Notes: generated by a model from the letters alone, not told the origin. A DNA stretch of 64,000 nucleotides from an uncultured candidate division Zixibacteria bacterium (GCA_963668625.2 CAXXKA010000003.1:35000-98999); one strand, 5' to 3'; positions 47,657 through 57,346 are shown, counted from the stretch's first letter. Translations and numbers: made by a program.

Positions 47657-48958
47657 ATGGCTAAGAAATTCTACATCCTGACATTCGGCTGCCAGATGAA
47701 CGAGTACGATAGCGAGGTACTGGAATCTTTGCTTGCCTCCGATGGTTATATCCAGACCGACAGGCCCGATCATGCCGACCTGGCGGTGATCAATACCTGC
47801 AGTGTCAGGGAGAAAGCCGAATCCCGGGCGTTGGCCAGGATATCCCAGATCGCGGCGTTGAAAGACCAGAACCACAGTCTCAAGGTGGTTGTTGCCGGAT
47901 GTATGGCAAGGCGGGCAGGGGAGAGTATAATAGAAAAGATTCCCGGTGTCGATTATGTGGTTGGCCCTGATTATATCCCCGAGATCCCCGATATCATCAA
48001 TTCCGAAAATGATACGAAGGTATTTACCGGGGAGGTCAGTGATGCCACCGGAATCGGCTATAAAAACCGTCCCGGACGAGTTACCGGGTACCTCGCTATA
48101 ACCCGGGGTTGCGAAAACTATTGCTCCTACTGTATTGTGCCATATGTAAGAGGCTCGCTTCGCTCTCGACCGCTTAAAAGCATTCGAGCGGAACTGAAGT
48201 TGCTGGTTGAGATGGGCGCCAAAGATATAACCCTGCTGGGGCAGAATGTGAACTCGTATAGCGATAACGGCCTGGATTTCCCGGGCTTGCTGCATGAGCT
48301 TTCCCCGGACCTGCCGCCCCGCCTTCGATTCGTCACTTCTCATCCCAAGGATATGTCGGATAGCCTGATTCACTGTTTCGGCGAGATTGCCTCGCTCTGC
48401 CATTCGCTTCACCTGCCGTTGCAAGCCGGCTCGAATAAGATACTTCAGGCGATGAACCGTGGTTACACGGTCGAGCATTATCTCGGCCTGATCGAAAAGC
48501 TACGTCGGATATCGCCTGATATCTCGCTTTCGACGGACCTGATAGTCGGTTTCCCCGGTGAAACCGAGGCGGATTTCAACAGCACGCTCGAGATGGTCAA
48601 ACGTATCGAGTATGATTCGGCGTTCATGTTCCGTTATTCTGTTAGGCCCGGCACGAAAGCGGCGTCTATGATTGATGATGTCCCGGAAAAGGAGAAAATC
48701 GAAAGGCTTAAGCAGCTTATAGAGATACAGCAGGATATCGCGGCCAAGCGTAACCGTAGATGGCAGGATCGTTCGCTCGAGGTGCTTATCGAAAAGCAGA
48801 GCAGACGGGAGCCGTATTACCCGCAGGGTCGAACCCGCGGCGGCCAATCAGCGCTTATCACCAATAATGATGAGCTGAAATCTGGGGATATGATTACAGC
48901 TAAAGTTGAATCGACGAAATCGAAATCTTTATTCGCTTCATTCGAAAAAATAGTCTAA
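47657..48958 (+). CDS. miaB: tRNA methylthiotransferase MiaB
   Basis: TFGCQMNEYDS, NTCSVRE.AE, GCEN.CSYCIVP and TRAM domain. Confidence 0.93.
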   Translation: MAKKFYILTFGCQMNEYDSEVLESLLASDGYIQTDRPDHADLAVINTCSVREKAESRALARISQIAALKDQNHSLKVVVAGCMARRAGESIIEKIPGVDYVVGPDYIPEIPDIINSENDTKVFTGEVSDATGIGYKNRPGRVTGYLAITRGCENYCSYCIVPYVRGSLRSRPLKSIRAELKLLVEMGAKDITLLGQNVNSYSDNGLDFPGLLHELSPDLPPRLRFVTSHPKDMSDSLIHCFGEIASLCHSLHLPLQAGSNKILQAMNRGYTVEHYLGLIEKLRRISPDISLSTDLIVGFPGETEADFNSTLEMVKRIEYDSAFMFRYSVRPGTKAASMIDDVPEKEKIERLKQLIEIQQDIAAKRNRRWQDRSLEVLIEKQSRREPYYPQGRTRGGQSALITNNDELKSGDMITAKVESTKSKSLFASFEKIV

Positions 48959-48998
48959 TTACTTGACAAATGACCATGAATTATCGGATAATCACCGC

Positions 48999-51248
48999 AT
49001 GTTGAGCTTCATTGTTTTTAGCGGTGCAGCACTTATATCAGTAATTTTCCTGCTCGGGCTGACGATCAAGCATTCGGCTAACAGCTATGTTAGCTGGCTG
49101 GGGTCGGTTATGATGATTTTCTCGGCATTTATCGCCATTATGGGCAATGAGGGGATATGGAACTCAATCTCTATTGCCGGATTCGGTACGGGGCTGGCGT
49201 TATATCTGGCCGGGCTTTATCTACTCACCGAACGATCGTTATCAAAAAGCAATGTCTCAGGCAATAATATCCAGTCTAAAACAATCGGTGATATTCTCGA
49301 GGTAGCCGCCTCTCGTGAAAGCCTGATGGAACTTCTGAATTACTCGTTAGACAGGTTTTTGGAGATATTCTCGCTTAACTCCGGCGCGATCCATATCTTT
49401 CATGCCAGAAAAAACAAGCTGATAATGGGCTCTTACAGGGGATTGATTCCCTCCCATGCCAAGAGAATGGAGATACTGGAACCGGGGCAGACTGCTATCG
49501 GCAGAGCCGTACAAAACCAACGCGTATTGATTATTCGAGATTTGAGTGTCAGCCCGGATTACGGCTTTTTCGGCGGCAAAAGCGAGGGCTACACGTTTCT
49601 GGCGGTCGCGCCTATTATGGTGGATGACAAATGCTGGGGCGTTATTACTCTCATGGGACGGCAGAAATATCAGAAAGGTATTTTCACTATAGATCAGCTA
49701 GAACAGTATGGCCAGAAGCTGGGCAAAGCTCTCGTTTTGGGACGGGAAAACCGCCGTATGAGCGCAGCTTATAACCATCTTACCCATGTCATCGAATACT
49801 ACAACAGCCTGTTTGCCTATCTTAAAGATTCCTCAATGACTGCGGACGAATGGAATGACCGGGAGCTGTTCGCCACCCTTCAACATTACAAAGACCAGCT
49901 TTTCGACAGCAAAACATTCGCGGTGATAAAATACAGCGACAACTCTGCGGAATGTTTATTCGTTCAAAATCAGAATCAAGCCGTACCACCCGGTTTTAAC
50001 AGATACCCCGAAAAAATCTCTGGAGCCGGTACGCCCGAGAGCTTTCTTTCCGGAGAGTATTTCAACGTTTATCCTAACGAGCTTAGAGAGATATTCAAAT
50101 TCAATACATTCAAAAACATTAAACTGGCGGCCTATGGTTTTCAGTTCAGTGATGATTTCAAAGGTCTGGTTGTTGTCGATGACTGTAAGCTCAACGAGAT
50201 GCCAACTTATAGCGAATCGGTGCTGCTGATAGGAAACTTGCTCTCGTTAAGTTATGTCAGATATAGATTCGATTATCGCTTCTCCGAAGATGAAATGCGG
50301 GTGGAGAAACCTCGAACGGATGAGGTCGGAATCGATAAAGTTGATGATTTATCTTTCATACTGAAAGAGATTACCGGCAATATAAAGATGCTTAACGAGA
50401 AAACCATAAATCTCGAACAAGCCGAGCAGGTTGACAGTATCAAGCAATGGCTGGATGAGATAGAGGAGTCGGCGTTAAACGGTTTAAAATTACTGGGACG
50501 ATCGGAGAATAATAACAATCCCAACGATCTGATCCAATCGGTTATCGATGAGCAGAAACTGGATGTAGCTTTCTACCCGGGATTACATCTGCCCCGGATG
50601 AAAATAAATCCCGATCAATTCAAACAGGTCGTAAAGCAGGTAATAAGCGAGGCGGTAAGCGAAAACAAGCGCATTCGAATTAAGACCTCCTCGGCGGACA
50701 ACGGCGCCATATCGTTAACAATCGAGGGGCCGGTAAAAAGCGATTTTCCCTCGGCCTCGACGATACTCAACTCGCGCATCAAAAATATCTTGTTGAATGT
50801 AGTACGAGAAGAAGAAATCGAAATTGCCGAAAATATCGACTCCGTTACGGAAGATATTCAGGTGAAACTCAATGTCCTGACTATCGAGGATAAGCCGGTG
50901 ATAACCGACCTGCTGGATGTTTATCTCGGAAAGCTTGGCTGTAATAATCATACTGTCTCCACCGGTGAGCGCGGCCTGGTTTACCTGGAAAGCCAGCTTA
51001 TGGATGATCGCAAGCTGGATGTTGTCATTATCGATATGACGCTGGAGGATATATCCGGGCTGGAGCTGTGCCGTAAAATCAAGCAGATAAACGATACTGT
51101 TTATGTCATCCTGATATCGAGCTGGGGTGTGAATCTCAATAAATTTACCCTGGATGATGCCGGCGTGGATGTACTTCTGCAGAAACCGTTCAGTTTCGAG
51201 CAGCTTCAAAAAGTTCTGCCCTCGAGGGAAATAACCGATGCGACCTAA
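48999..51248 (+). CDS. Membrane-anchored GAF + degenerate kinase-like region + C-terminal receiver domain protein
   Basis: Three TM helices; GAF; REC (IED, IIDM, ISS, QKPF); likely start ATG 48999, 6 nt after GATAAT. Confidence 0.75.
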   Translation: MLSFIVFSGAALISVIFLLGLTIKHSANSYVSWLGSVMMIFSAFIAIMGNEGIWNSISIAGFGTGLALYLAGLYLLTERSLSKSNVSGNNIQSKTIGDILEVAASRESLMELLNYSLDRFLEIFSLNSGAIHIFHARKNKLIMGSYRGLIPSHAKRMEILEPGQTAIGRAVQNQRVLIIRDLSVSPDYGFFGGKSEGYTFLAVAPIMVDDKCWGVITLMGRQKYQKGIFTIDQLEQYGQKLGKALVLGRENRRMSAAYNHLTHVIEYYNSLFAYLKDSSMTADEWNDRELFATLQHYKDQLFDSKTFAVIKYSDNSAECLFVQNQNQAVPPGFNRYPEKISGAGTPESFLSGEYFNVYPNELREIFKFNTFKNIKLAAYGFQFSDDFKGLVVVDDCKLNEMPTYSESVLLIGNLLSLSYVRYRFDYRFSEDEMRVEKPRTDEVGIDKVDDLSFILKEITGNIKMLNEKTINLEQAEQVDSIKQWLDEIEESALNGLKLLGRSENNNNPNDLIQSVIDEQKLDVAFYPGLHLPRMKINPDQFKQVVKQVISEAVSENKRIRIKTSSADNGAISLTIEGPVKSDFPSASTILNSRIKNILLNVVREEEIEIAENIDSVTEDIQVKLNVLTIEDKPVITDLLDVYLGKLGCNNHTVSTGERGLVYLESQLMDDRKLDVVIIDMTLEDISGLELCRKIKQINDTVYVILISSWGVNLNKFTLDDAGVDVLLQKPFSFEQLQKVLPSREITDAT

Positions 51249-51717
51249 ATTCGATCCCACTCTTTTTACATTCGGTATGGATTTACGCGTGAGATTTTAC
51301 GAGGTTGACCTTCAGGGTGTAACTCATCACGCGGAGATGATTCGCTATTTCGAAATAGGCCGGGTTGAGTATTGGCGCAAGCTCGGTATAGGTTATCAGG
51401 AGTTCCTCGATTCGGGTTATCAATACGTTGTCGCTCGTGTCGAATGCGATTATATCAAACCGCTTAAATTCGATATGGTGACTAGTCTTAAAGTCCGAAT
51501 CGCCTCATTCTCGAGAACCAGTTCGACCTACGAGTATTTGATATCGGATGATAGCGACGAGCCGGCCGTATTCGGCAAGACCGTGCTGGTTTGTCTGAAA
51601 TCAGGCGGCAATCGACCTACACCGATTCCGAATGAATATTTCCGAAGAGTCCTGGATTTCGAAAAAGACGGCTCGGTCGACCATAAGCGAATGAACCTAA
51701 ACGATATTGCGGGTTAG
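51238..51717 (+). CDS. Acyl-CoA thioesterase (YbgC/4HBT family)
   Basis: RVRF.EVD..GV.HH.....YFE..R motif. Confidence 0.88.
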   Translation: MRPKFDPTLFTFGMDLRVRFYEVDLQGVTHHAEMIRYFEIGRVEYWRKLGIGYQEFLDSGYQYVVARVECDYIKPLKFDMVTSLKVRIASFSRTSSTYEYLISDDSDEPAVFGKTVLVCLKSGGNRPTPIPNEYFRRVLDFEKDGSVDHKRMNLNDIAG

Positions 51718-51725
51718 CGTTACCG

Positions 51726-52709
51726 ATGTCAAGCCTTAAAGAATCTATTCGCTATTCCAGCGAGGCTCGAAAGCTCTTTTACAAGCTCTTAAAAATTCTC
51801 GATAAAATCCCCGTATATAAAACTCTATATAATAATAAGATTTCAAAATCAGGCTCTCATGTTGATGAGTTCCCCCGTGAGCTATCGATAGAAACTACCA
51901 ATCTCTGTAATGCCAGATGCACGATTTGTCCGCATCCTCGAATGAAAAGAGCAAAAGGCAAGATGACAACCGAACTGGTAAAGAATCTTATCGAGCAGGC
52001 CGCCGGGCATAATGTTGGAAAGTTATTTCTGTCGGGATTCGGTGAACCTTTGATCGATAGCAGGATACCGGAATTCGTAGCTTATGCGAAAGATAGAAAA
52101 ATCGAAAATATCAGCATCGTTACGAACGGCTACCTTCTACGGAGAGAATTGGCTCGGGAATTGATCGATTCCGGTCTGAATGAATTAATTATCTCCATTG
52201 ATGGTTTCACATCCGGGACTTATGAAAGTATCCGGTTGGGGTTGAAATTCGATAGATTAGTTGAAAATATAAAGGCCTTATCGATGCTGGACAACCGTCA
52301 AAAAGTCAATGTCTCTATTTCCTGTGTGGATTTGATTCATAACCGAAACGAACATAAGCAGGCCAAAAGCACCTTTGGCGGGTATGTGGATGCTATTTAT
52401 TTCAGGCAGGCGCAGGGCTGGACAGGTGAATTCGATCGGGCGAAAGCAGGCTATTCTCCTCATTTCGATACCAATGACATTCCCTGTCGCTATCTCTGGG
52501 ATTCAATGAGCGTGTATTTCGATGGCACGGTGCCTGCTTGCTGTTTGGATTATGAGGCCGAGGGAATCATGGGGAATGCCGGTGACAATAGCCTTAAGGA
52601 TATCTGGCAGGGGGATAATTATCGCCAGTATCGAAATTATCATCTTGGAAACCGCAAGAATGATTTATCACCATGTAATAAATGTGGCTATTACTCGGTC
52701 TGGTGGTAA
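51726..52709 (+). CDS. Radical SAM protein with SPASM/Twitch domain
   Basis: CNARCTIC, GFGEPL and C...W......DG.V..CC.D...GN....W...C..C. Confidence 0.88.
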   Translation: MSSLKESIRYSSEARKLFYKLLKILDKIPVYKTLYNNKISKSGSHVDEFPRELSIETTNLCNARCTICPHPRMKRAKGKMTTELVKNLIEQAAGHNVGKLFLSGFGEPLIDSRIPEFVAYAKDRKIENISIVTNGYLLRRELARELIDSGLNELIISIDGFTSGTYESIRLGLKFDRLVENIKALSMLDNRQKVNVSISCVDLIHNRNEHKQAKSTFGGYVDAIYFRQAQGWTGEFDRAKAGYSPHFDTNDIPCRYLWDSMSVYFDGTVPACCLDYEAEGIMGNAGDNSLKDIWQGDNYRQYRNYHLGNRKNDLSPCNKCGYYSVWW

Positions 52710-52773
52710 AACAGGCAGCCGCCGACAAATATTCTGTTGACAAAAGCAAATAAATCGATAATATAGGGGAGTT

Positions 52774-52847
52774 CGGGGTGTAGCGCAGCCTGGTAGCGCG
52801 CACGGTTCGGGTCCGTGAAGTCGGAGGTTCAAATCCTCTCACCCCGA
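52774..52847 (+). tRNA. tRNA-Pro (CGG)
   Basis: CGGGGTG acceptor stem, cacgg-ttCGGgt-ccgtg anticodon arm, GGTTCAAATCC; TTGACA upstream. Confidence 0.96.
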
Positions 52848-52965
52848 CTTTATTATTTCCGCTCGCAATTTTCATAAAATCATATTATAGCATTCATTAC
52901 GATTATCTAAGGGGTAAAGCATCCATTAGAAACTCTTGTTTACTTGTTCCTGAGCTAAGTTTCTC

Positions 52966-53019
52966 CTTGTTCCAAAACTCCGTTTAGGAACACGATTGCC
53001 CGAGAAACTCCAGTTTCGA
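52966..53019 (+). repeat. REP-like repeat family D
   Basis: cttgttccaaaactccgtttaggaacac...gagaaactccagtttcga. Confidence 0.7.
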
Positions 53020-53200
53020 GTATTAGAAGTTATCGATGGATGCAGGGCATCAAATCAATTCTACCTCCTGTCGTTACATGGTATTCACGTTTGTGATTCT
53101 ATCCGCGGGTTAGCCAAGTCCCAAGTGGACTTGATCTGCTAAATCCCCGGCCCATTCTTTCCAATTGACATCCAGCACAGCTTTCCCTATATATTAATCG

Positions 53201-53650
53201 ATGAATCGTAAACGCATTATCGGAGTTATCGGCGGGCATGAGGCCGAATCGGAACATCTAGAATTCGCCTACGATATCGGCAAGCTGATAGCCCAACACG
53301 ATTGCATATTAGCCTGCGGTGGCCGAACAGGTATCATGGAGGCCGCCTGCAAGGGGGCTATCGATGCCGGCGGCATCACCGTTGGTATATTGCCCTCCGA
53401 GGATTTTATCTTAGCCAACGATTATGTCACGATCCCGGTCGCTACCGGTATAGGAACAGCCCGAAACAAGATCATCATCAACACCGGCGAGGCGTTTATC
53501 GCCATATGCGGTAAATTCGGCACGCTCTCGGAGATCGCCTTCGCTCTTGATGCTCATAAGCGGGTTGCCGGTTTTGATACCTGGAAGATAGAAGGCGTAA
53601 AGCATGTCTATACTCCCGATGAGGCGATCAAATACGCATTAGGGGAATAA
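53201..53650 (+). CDS. TIGR00725 family LOG/SLOG-fold protein
   Basis: IGVIGG, CGG..G.MEA.C.GA, ARN and GTLSEIA motifs. Confidence 0.9.
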   Translation: MNRKRIIGVIGGHEAESEHLEFAYDIGKLIAQHDCILACGGRTGIMEAACKGAIDAGGITVGILPSEDFILANDYVTIPVATGIGTARNKIIINTGEAFIAICGKFGTLSEIAFALDAHKRVAGFDTWKIEGVKHVYTPDEAIKYALGE

Positions 53651-53653
53651 ACT

Positions 53654-53935
53654 ATGGCCGACTATTTACGGGCGCACGGTTATGTTACCGGGCGTGTTCA
53701 GGGGGTGAGTTTCCGCTTTTTTACGCAGGATAGCGCCGTAAAGCACGAACTTACTGGCTGGGTCAGGAACCTCCCCGACGGCAGGGTGGAGTTCATGGCC
53801 GAGGGACAGCGGGGCATGCTCGATAGTTTCATCAAGGATATTAACAGGGGCCCGGTTGCGGCGCGTGTTACTAATCTCGAACTGACCTGGGATAAATTTA
53901 CCGGCGAGTTTAACAATTTCAGAATAAGATTTTGA
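53654..53935 (+). CDS. acyP: Acylphosphatase
   Basis: GRVQGV.FR and GWVRNL.DG.VE motifs. Confidence 0.93.
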   Translation: MADYLRAHGYVTGRVQGVSFRFFTQDSAVKHELTGWVRNLPDGRVEFMAEGQRGMLDSFIKDINRGPVAARVTNLELTWDKFTGEFNNFRIRF

Positions 53936-53942
53936 GGGCAAC

Positions 53943-54470
53943 ATGGACACAGAACAACTGAAAAACAAGATGAGAACCGTACCGGATTTCCCCAAACCGG
54001 GAATCAACTTTATAGATATCACCACCCTTGTCGGTGATGGCCCGGCGTTCAAACAAGTGATGGACCATCTGGAGGAACGCTATAAGAACGCTAACCTCGA
54101 TGCTATCATCGGGATCGAATCGCGCGGGTTCATATTCGGCGGCGCCCTCGCCGACCGACTGGGAATCGGCTTTATCCCCGCCAGGAAACCCGGCAAATTG
54201 CCGGCTGAGACGATCTCCGAATCATATGCCTTGGAGTACGGCCAGGCCACGCTTGAAATCCACAAGGATGCTATCAGCAAGGGCCAGAGAGTGTTAATCA
54301 TCGATGATTTGATGGCGACAGGTGGCACCCTGGAGGCTGTTTGTAAGCTGGTTAAAAGGCTCGAGGGCGATGTAGCCGAGATCTGGGTGCTGGTGGAATT
54401 ATCGTTCCTTAACGGTATGGATAAAGTCAAAGACTACCCGTATTTCTCGCTAATCCAATATAAAGATTAA
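53943..54470 (+). CDS. apt: Adenine phosphoribosyltransferase
   Basis: PDFPKPGI.F.DIT, ESRGF, RKPGKLP, LEYG and IIDDL.ATGGT motifs. Confidence 0.95.
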   Translation: MDTEQLKNKMRTVPDFPKPGINFIDITTLVGDGPAFKQVMDHLEERYKNANLDAIIGIESRGFIFGGALADRLGIGFIPARKPGKLPAETISESYALEYGQATLEIHKDAISKGQRVLIIDDLMATGGTLEAVCKLVKRLEGDVAEIWVLVELSFLNGMDKVKDYPYFSLIQYKD

Positions 54471-54562
54471 GCTATTGGATTATTTAGAGTTATTCTGAGC
54501 TAAAACTTTTATAGAATTTTCCGATCTGTTAAGTAGGGTTAAGCTAAATTACAGGTGCGTTA

Positions 54563-55759
54563 ATGGGGATGTTTCTAATAAAATCGAATCTGGTGATACT
54601 GGCGGCTACGGCGATATCAGCGTTTTTGACATATCTGGTAAGCAATAAGCTCTGGTATAATTATAATCGAGATAGCAGTGTGAGTCAACCTCTACTCGAA
54701 CAGGGTTTGAATTTCGCATTAAAAGCTTTCGCGTTTTTCATATTATTATCATCATTCGCCCTGGCTGTTTCACTACCGATAATCACCTATTACATGTGGA
54801 CCGATATCCAATCCCTTCCCGGAGAAACGCCGATATTTATTACGATAGCAATGGCCATATTGTCGATAAGCGGCCTGATTGCTTTCGTACTCGGAGTTCA
54901 GAGGAAACATCTCGAAAGCCCGGTTAACCTGCCGGTTGATCATATCAACGAACCGGAGCTGTATAGCCTGGTAAACTCATTACAGCGATTTTTTGAAATC
55001 AGCGACATTAAGAGTATCAGGATAACTCCCGGATCGGAGATAACCGTTCGTGAGCATGTCGAGACATTCGATCATGTTTTCTACTCGGGTGATAAAATCG
55101 TGGAGATAGGTCTTTCCTCGATGGAGCTTCTTTCAGCCAGTGATTTGAAAGTTCTGCTTGCACGCCAATTCGCACAGTACGTCGAAAACGATAGTCCGCC
55201 TATCGCGCTTATCAAACGTCTTAAAGTAAAACTCGCTATGATGAATGATAATATCTTATCCGGCGGATTTCTGCTGACATTGAACCCGGTTGCCTGGGTA
55301 GTCATGGCCTCGGCCGCCGCAATCGATTGGCTTACTTCCGATTATCAGGCGATGGCAGAATATAAAATCGATCAGGTCACTATCGAATACTCCGGCGTTA
55401 ACCGTCTTTCGCATGCGCTTGCTCGCTATGGAGTCGAAACGGAGCTGTACAAAGAGCTGATAGGTCTAGTCGACAGCCGCGATAGAGCGAACCGTATTCC
55501 GTTCGAGGGTAATATCTATGACTCGATGCGACGCGCCCAGGCTGAGACCACCGACCAACTGCGCGTGATGGTAGATCATCTTTTTAGCGATTCCGCCTTG
55601 AGCGGGGGAGATATCGGCAAGAAGACATTGAAGCTTCGGCTTAACCGGCTGCCTGAAACACCGACTATTCCCACTATGGATGTCAAACGGCCGGCCCTGG
55701 CATATTTGAAAGACTGGCGCAGCACCGAAAACCGGATGATAAAACTGCTTAGAAGCTAA
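54563..55759 (+). CDS. Membrane protein resembling peptidase M48 but lacking HEXXH
   Basis: EPELY.LV..L, IGL....LS..DLK.LLARQFAQ and EY..D match the M48/HtpX layout. Confidence 0.6.
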   Translation: MGMFLIKSNLVILAATAISAFLTYLVSNKLWYNYNRDSSVSQPLLEQGLNFALKAFAFFILLSSFALAVSLPIITYYMWTDIQSLPGETPIFITIAMAILSISGLIAFVLGVQRKHLESPVNLPVDHINEPELYSLVNSLQRFFEISDIKSIRITPGSEITVREHVETFDHVFYSGDKIVEIGLSSMELLSASDLKVLLARQFAQYVENDSPPIALIKRLKVKLAMMNDNILSGGFLLTLNPVAWVVMASAAAIDWLTSDYQAMAEYKIDQVTIEYSGVNRLSHALARYGVETELYKELIGLVDSRDRANRIPFEGNIYDSMRRAQAETTDQLRVMVDHLFSDSALSGGDIGKKTLKLRLNRLPETPTIPTMDVKRPALAYLKDWRSTENRMIKLLRS

Positions 55760-55784
55760 TAGTTATTCATTTTGACATGAATAT

Positions 55785-56038
55785 CACTAGTGTCCGGTGT
55801 TTTTCGATAAATTTTAAATTTTTCCTTAGAATTGTTAGCTAAAGATATTTTTCGATGTAATTAAACATTCACCGTATCATACATTCTGATATGTCCTGTC
55901 GATGTCAGGCTTAGTTTCCTGGTTTCCAAGCGCTGCTTGGAAACCTTCTTGAGTCATGTAGAATAAGCATTCTGCCGGCAAACAAGCTACGTTGCGAAGC
56001 AGCGCTTCGCAACGAGATGGAAAGGCCGGACAGTAGTG
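55785..56038. mobile_element. IS4-type MITE family A, 254 bp
   Basis: cactagtgtccgg ... ccggacagtagtg; 9-bp target duplication catgaatat/cataaatat (1 mismatch). Confidence 0.9.
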
Positions 56039-56080
56039 CATAAATATATAAACTCACTATATTACTTTAATAGAAGGTGT

Positions 56081-57346
56081 CACTAGTGTCCGGGCTTTGA
56101 GGCTGGCTTGACAGACCTCCTATAATAAGGGTGTAAACGCTAATTATAACACCTTTGTTTACAGGAGGTTAAAAATGCAAGGGAAGGTTACAATACTTCG
56201 CCAGATAACGCAAATGATTTCTCGATACGATTTCCAAAAAGCAGTTTCGACTGGCAAAGGGCGGCATTTCACGGTTTCTTTCGGCTACTGGTCGCACCTG
56301 GTGGCGATGATATTCGGGCAATTATCGGAGCAGCAATCGCTGCGTGATCTGGTCTTGAATCTTTCCCGTCAGGCGCATAGGTTTTACCATCTGGGTATGT
56401 CAAAGATACGCCGTTCGACTTTTTCGGATGCCAACAATCATCGGCCCTCGGCAATATACGAGAACTTGTTTTACATATTATTGAATCGTTACGGTTGTCA
56501 TTTTCAAGGCAAAAACCGGAAGCTGGGGAATAAATTATACTCAGTTGATTCGACGGTCATAGATTTGTGTCTGGGGTTATTTTATTGGGCTAAATTCAGA
56601 ACGACCAAGGCCGGTGTCAAGCTTCATGTCAGGTTAAACCATGATGGTTACATCCCTGATTTTGCGGTTGTCACCAATGCCAATATTCATGATTCCAGAG
56701 TCAGGAAGATGTTCAATTTACCGGCTGGCAGTATCGTGACTTTCGACAAAGGCTACAATGACTACAGTCTTTTCAAGTTATTAAATGATAAGGGGATAAT
56801 CTTTGTCACGCGGCAGAAGAATAACGCTAAATACAAAGTAATCAAACGGTGTAGAACTAATCGTAAGCAAGGAGTCACCTCCGATCATTGGATTGAATTT
56901 ACCGGTTTTTACTCCAAGCAAAAATGTTCGATTAGGCTGAGACGAATCCGTTATATCGATAAAGAAACCGGTAAAGTTTATGTATTCCTGACCAATGATT
57001 TCAAACATGCCGCCTCGACTATTGCCGACATTTATAAGCAGCGCTGGCAGATAGAATTGTTTTTTAAAGCGTTAAAACAGAACCTTGTGATCAAGACTTT
57101 CTGGGGTACCTCCAAGAACGCAGTATATTCCCAGATCTGGGTGGCTTTGATAATCTATTTGTTAATGAGCGCGCTGAAATACAAATACAAAATATCGGCC
57201 TCAGTTGGAAAGTTAATTCAGAGAATCCGGTCATTCGTGTTTGAAAAAGATGATGTCCTGAGATTCCTTAAAGACCAAATACCAATCCCAATACAAATCG
57301 CTCAAACATCTCAAATTAACCTGTCCCTAAAGGCCGGACACTAGTG
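56081..57346 (+). mobile_element. Complete IS4-family insertion sequence (1266 bp)
   Basis: 18-bp TIR cactagtgtccgg(g/c)cttt; perfect 9-bp target duplication agaaggtgt at 56072-56080 and 57347-57355. Confidence 0.95.
56175..57344 (+). CDS. IS4 family DDE transposase (DUF4372-type N-terminus)
   Basis: DST, FDKGY and YKQRWQIELFFK (YREK) motifs; aggagg RBS. Confidence 0.95.
   Translation: MQGKVTILRQITQMISRYDFQKAVSTGKGRHFTVSFGYWSHLVAMIFGQLSEQQSLRDLVLNLSRQAHRFYHLGMSKIRRSTFSDANNHRPSAIYENLFYILLNRYGCHFQGKNRKLGNKLYSVDSTVIDLCLGLFYWAKFRTTKAGVKLHVRLNHDGYIPDFAVVTNANIHDSRVRKMFNLPAGSIVTFDKGYNDYSLFKLLNDKGIIFVTRQKNNAKYKVIKRCRTNRKQGVTSDHWIEFTGFYSKQKCSIRLRRIRYIDKETGKVYVFLTNDFKHAASTIADIYKQRWQIELFFKALKQNLVIKTFWGTSKNAVYSQIWVALIIYLLMSALKYKYKISASVGKLIQRIRSFVFEKDDVLRFLKDQIPIPIQIAQTSQINLSLKAGH

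Noticed and set aside
52594-52875. 93-aa minus-strand ORF
   Set aside because: Antisense translation of tRNA-Pro and of the radical SAM gene end
3018-56038. CRISPR array
   Set aside because: Repeats are dispersed rather than tandem with unique spacers, and there are no cas genes
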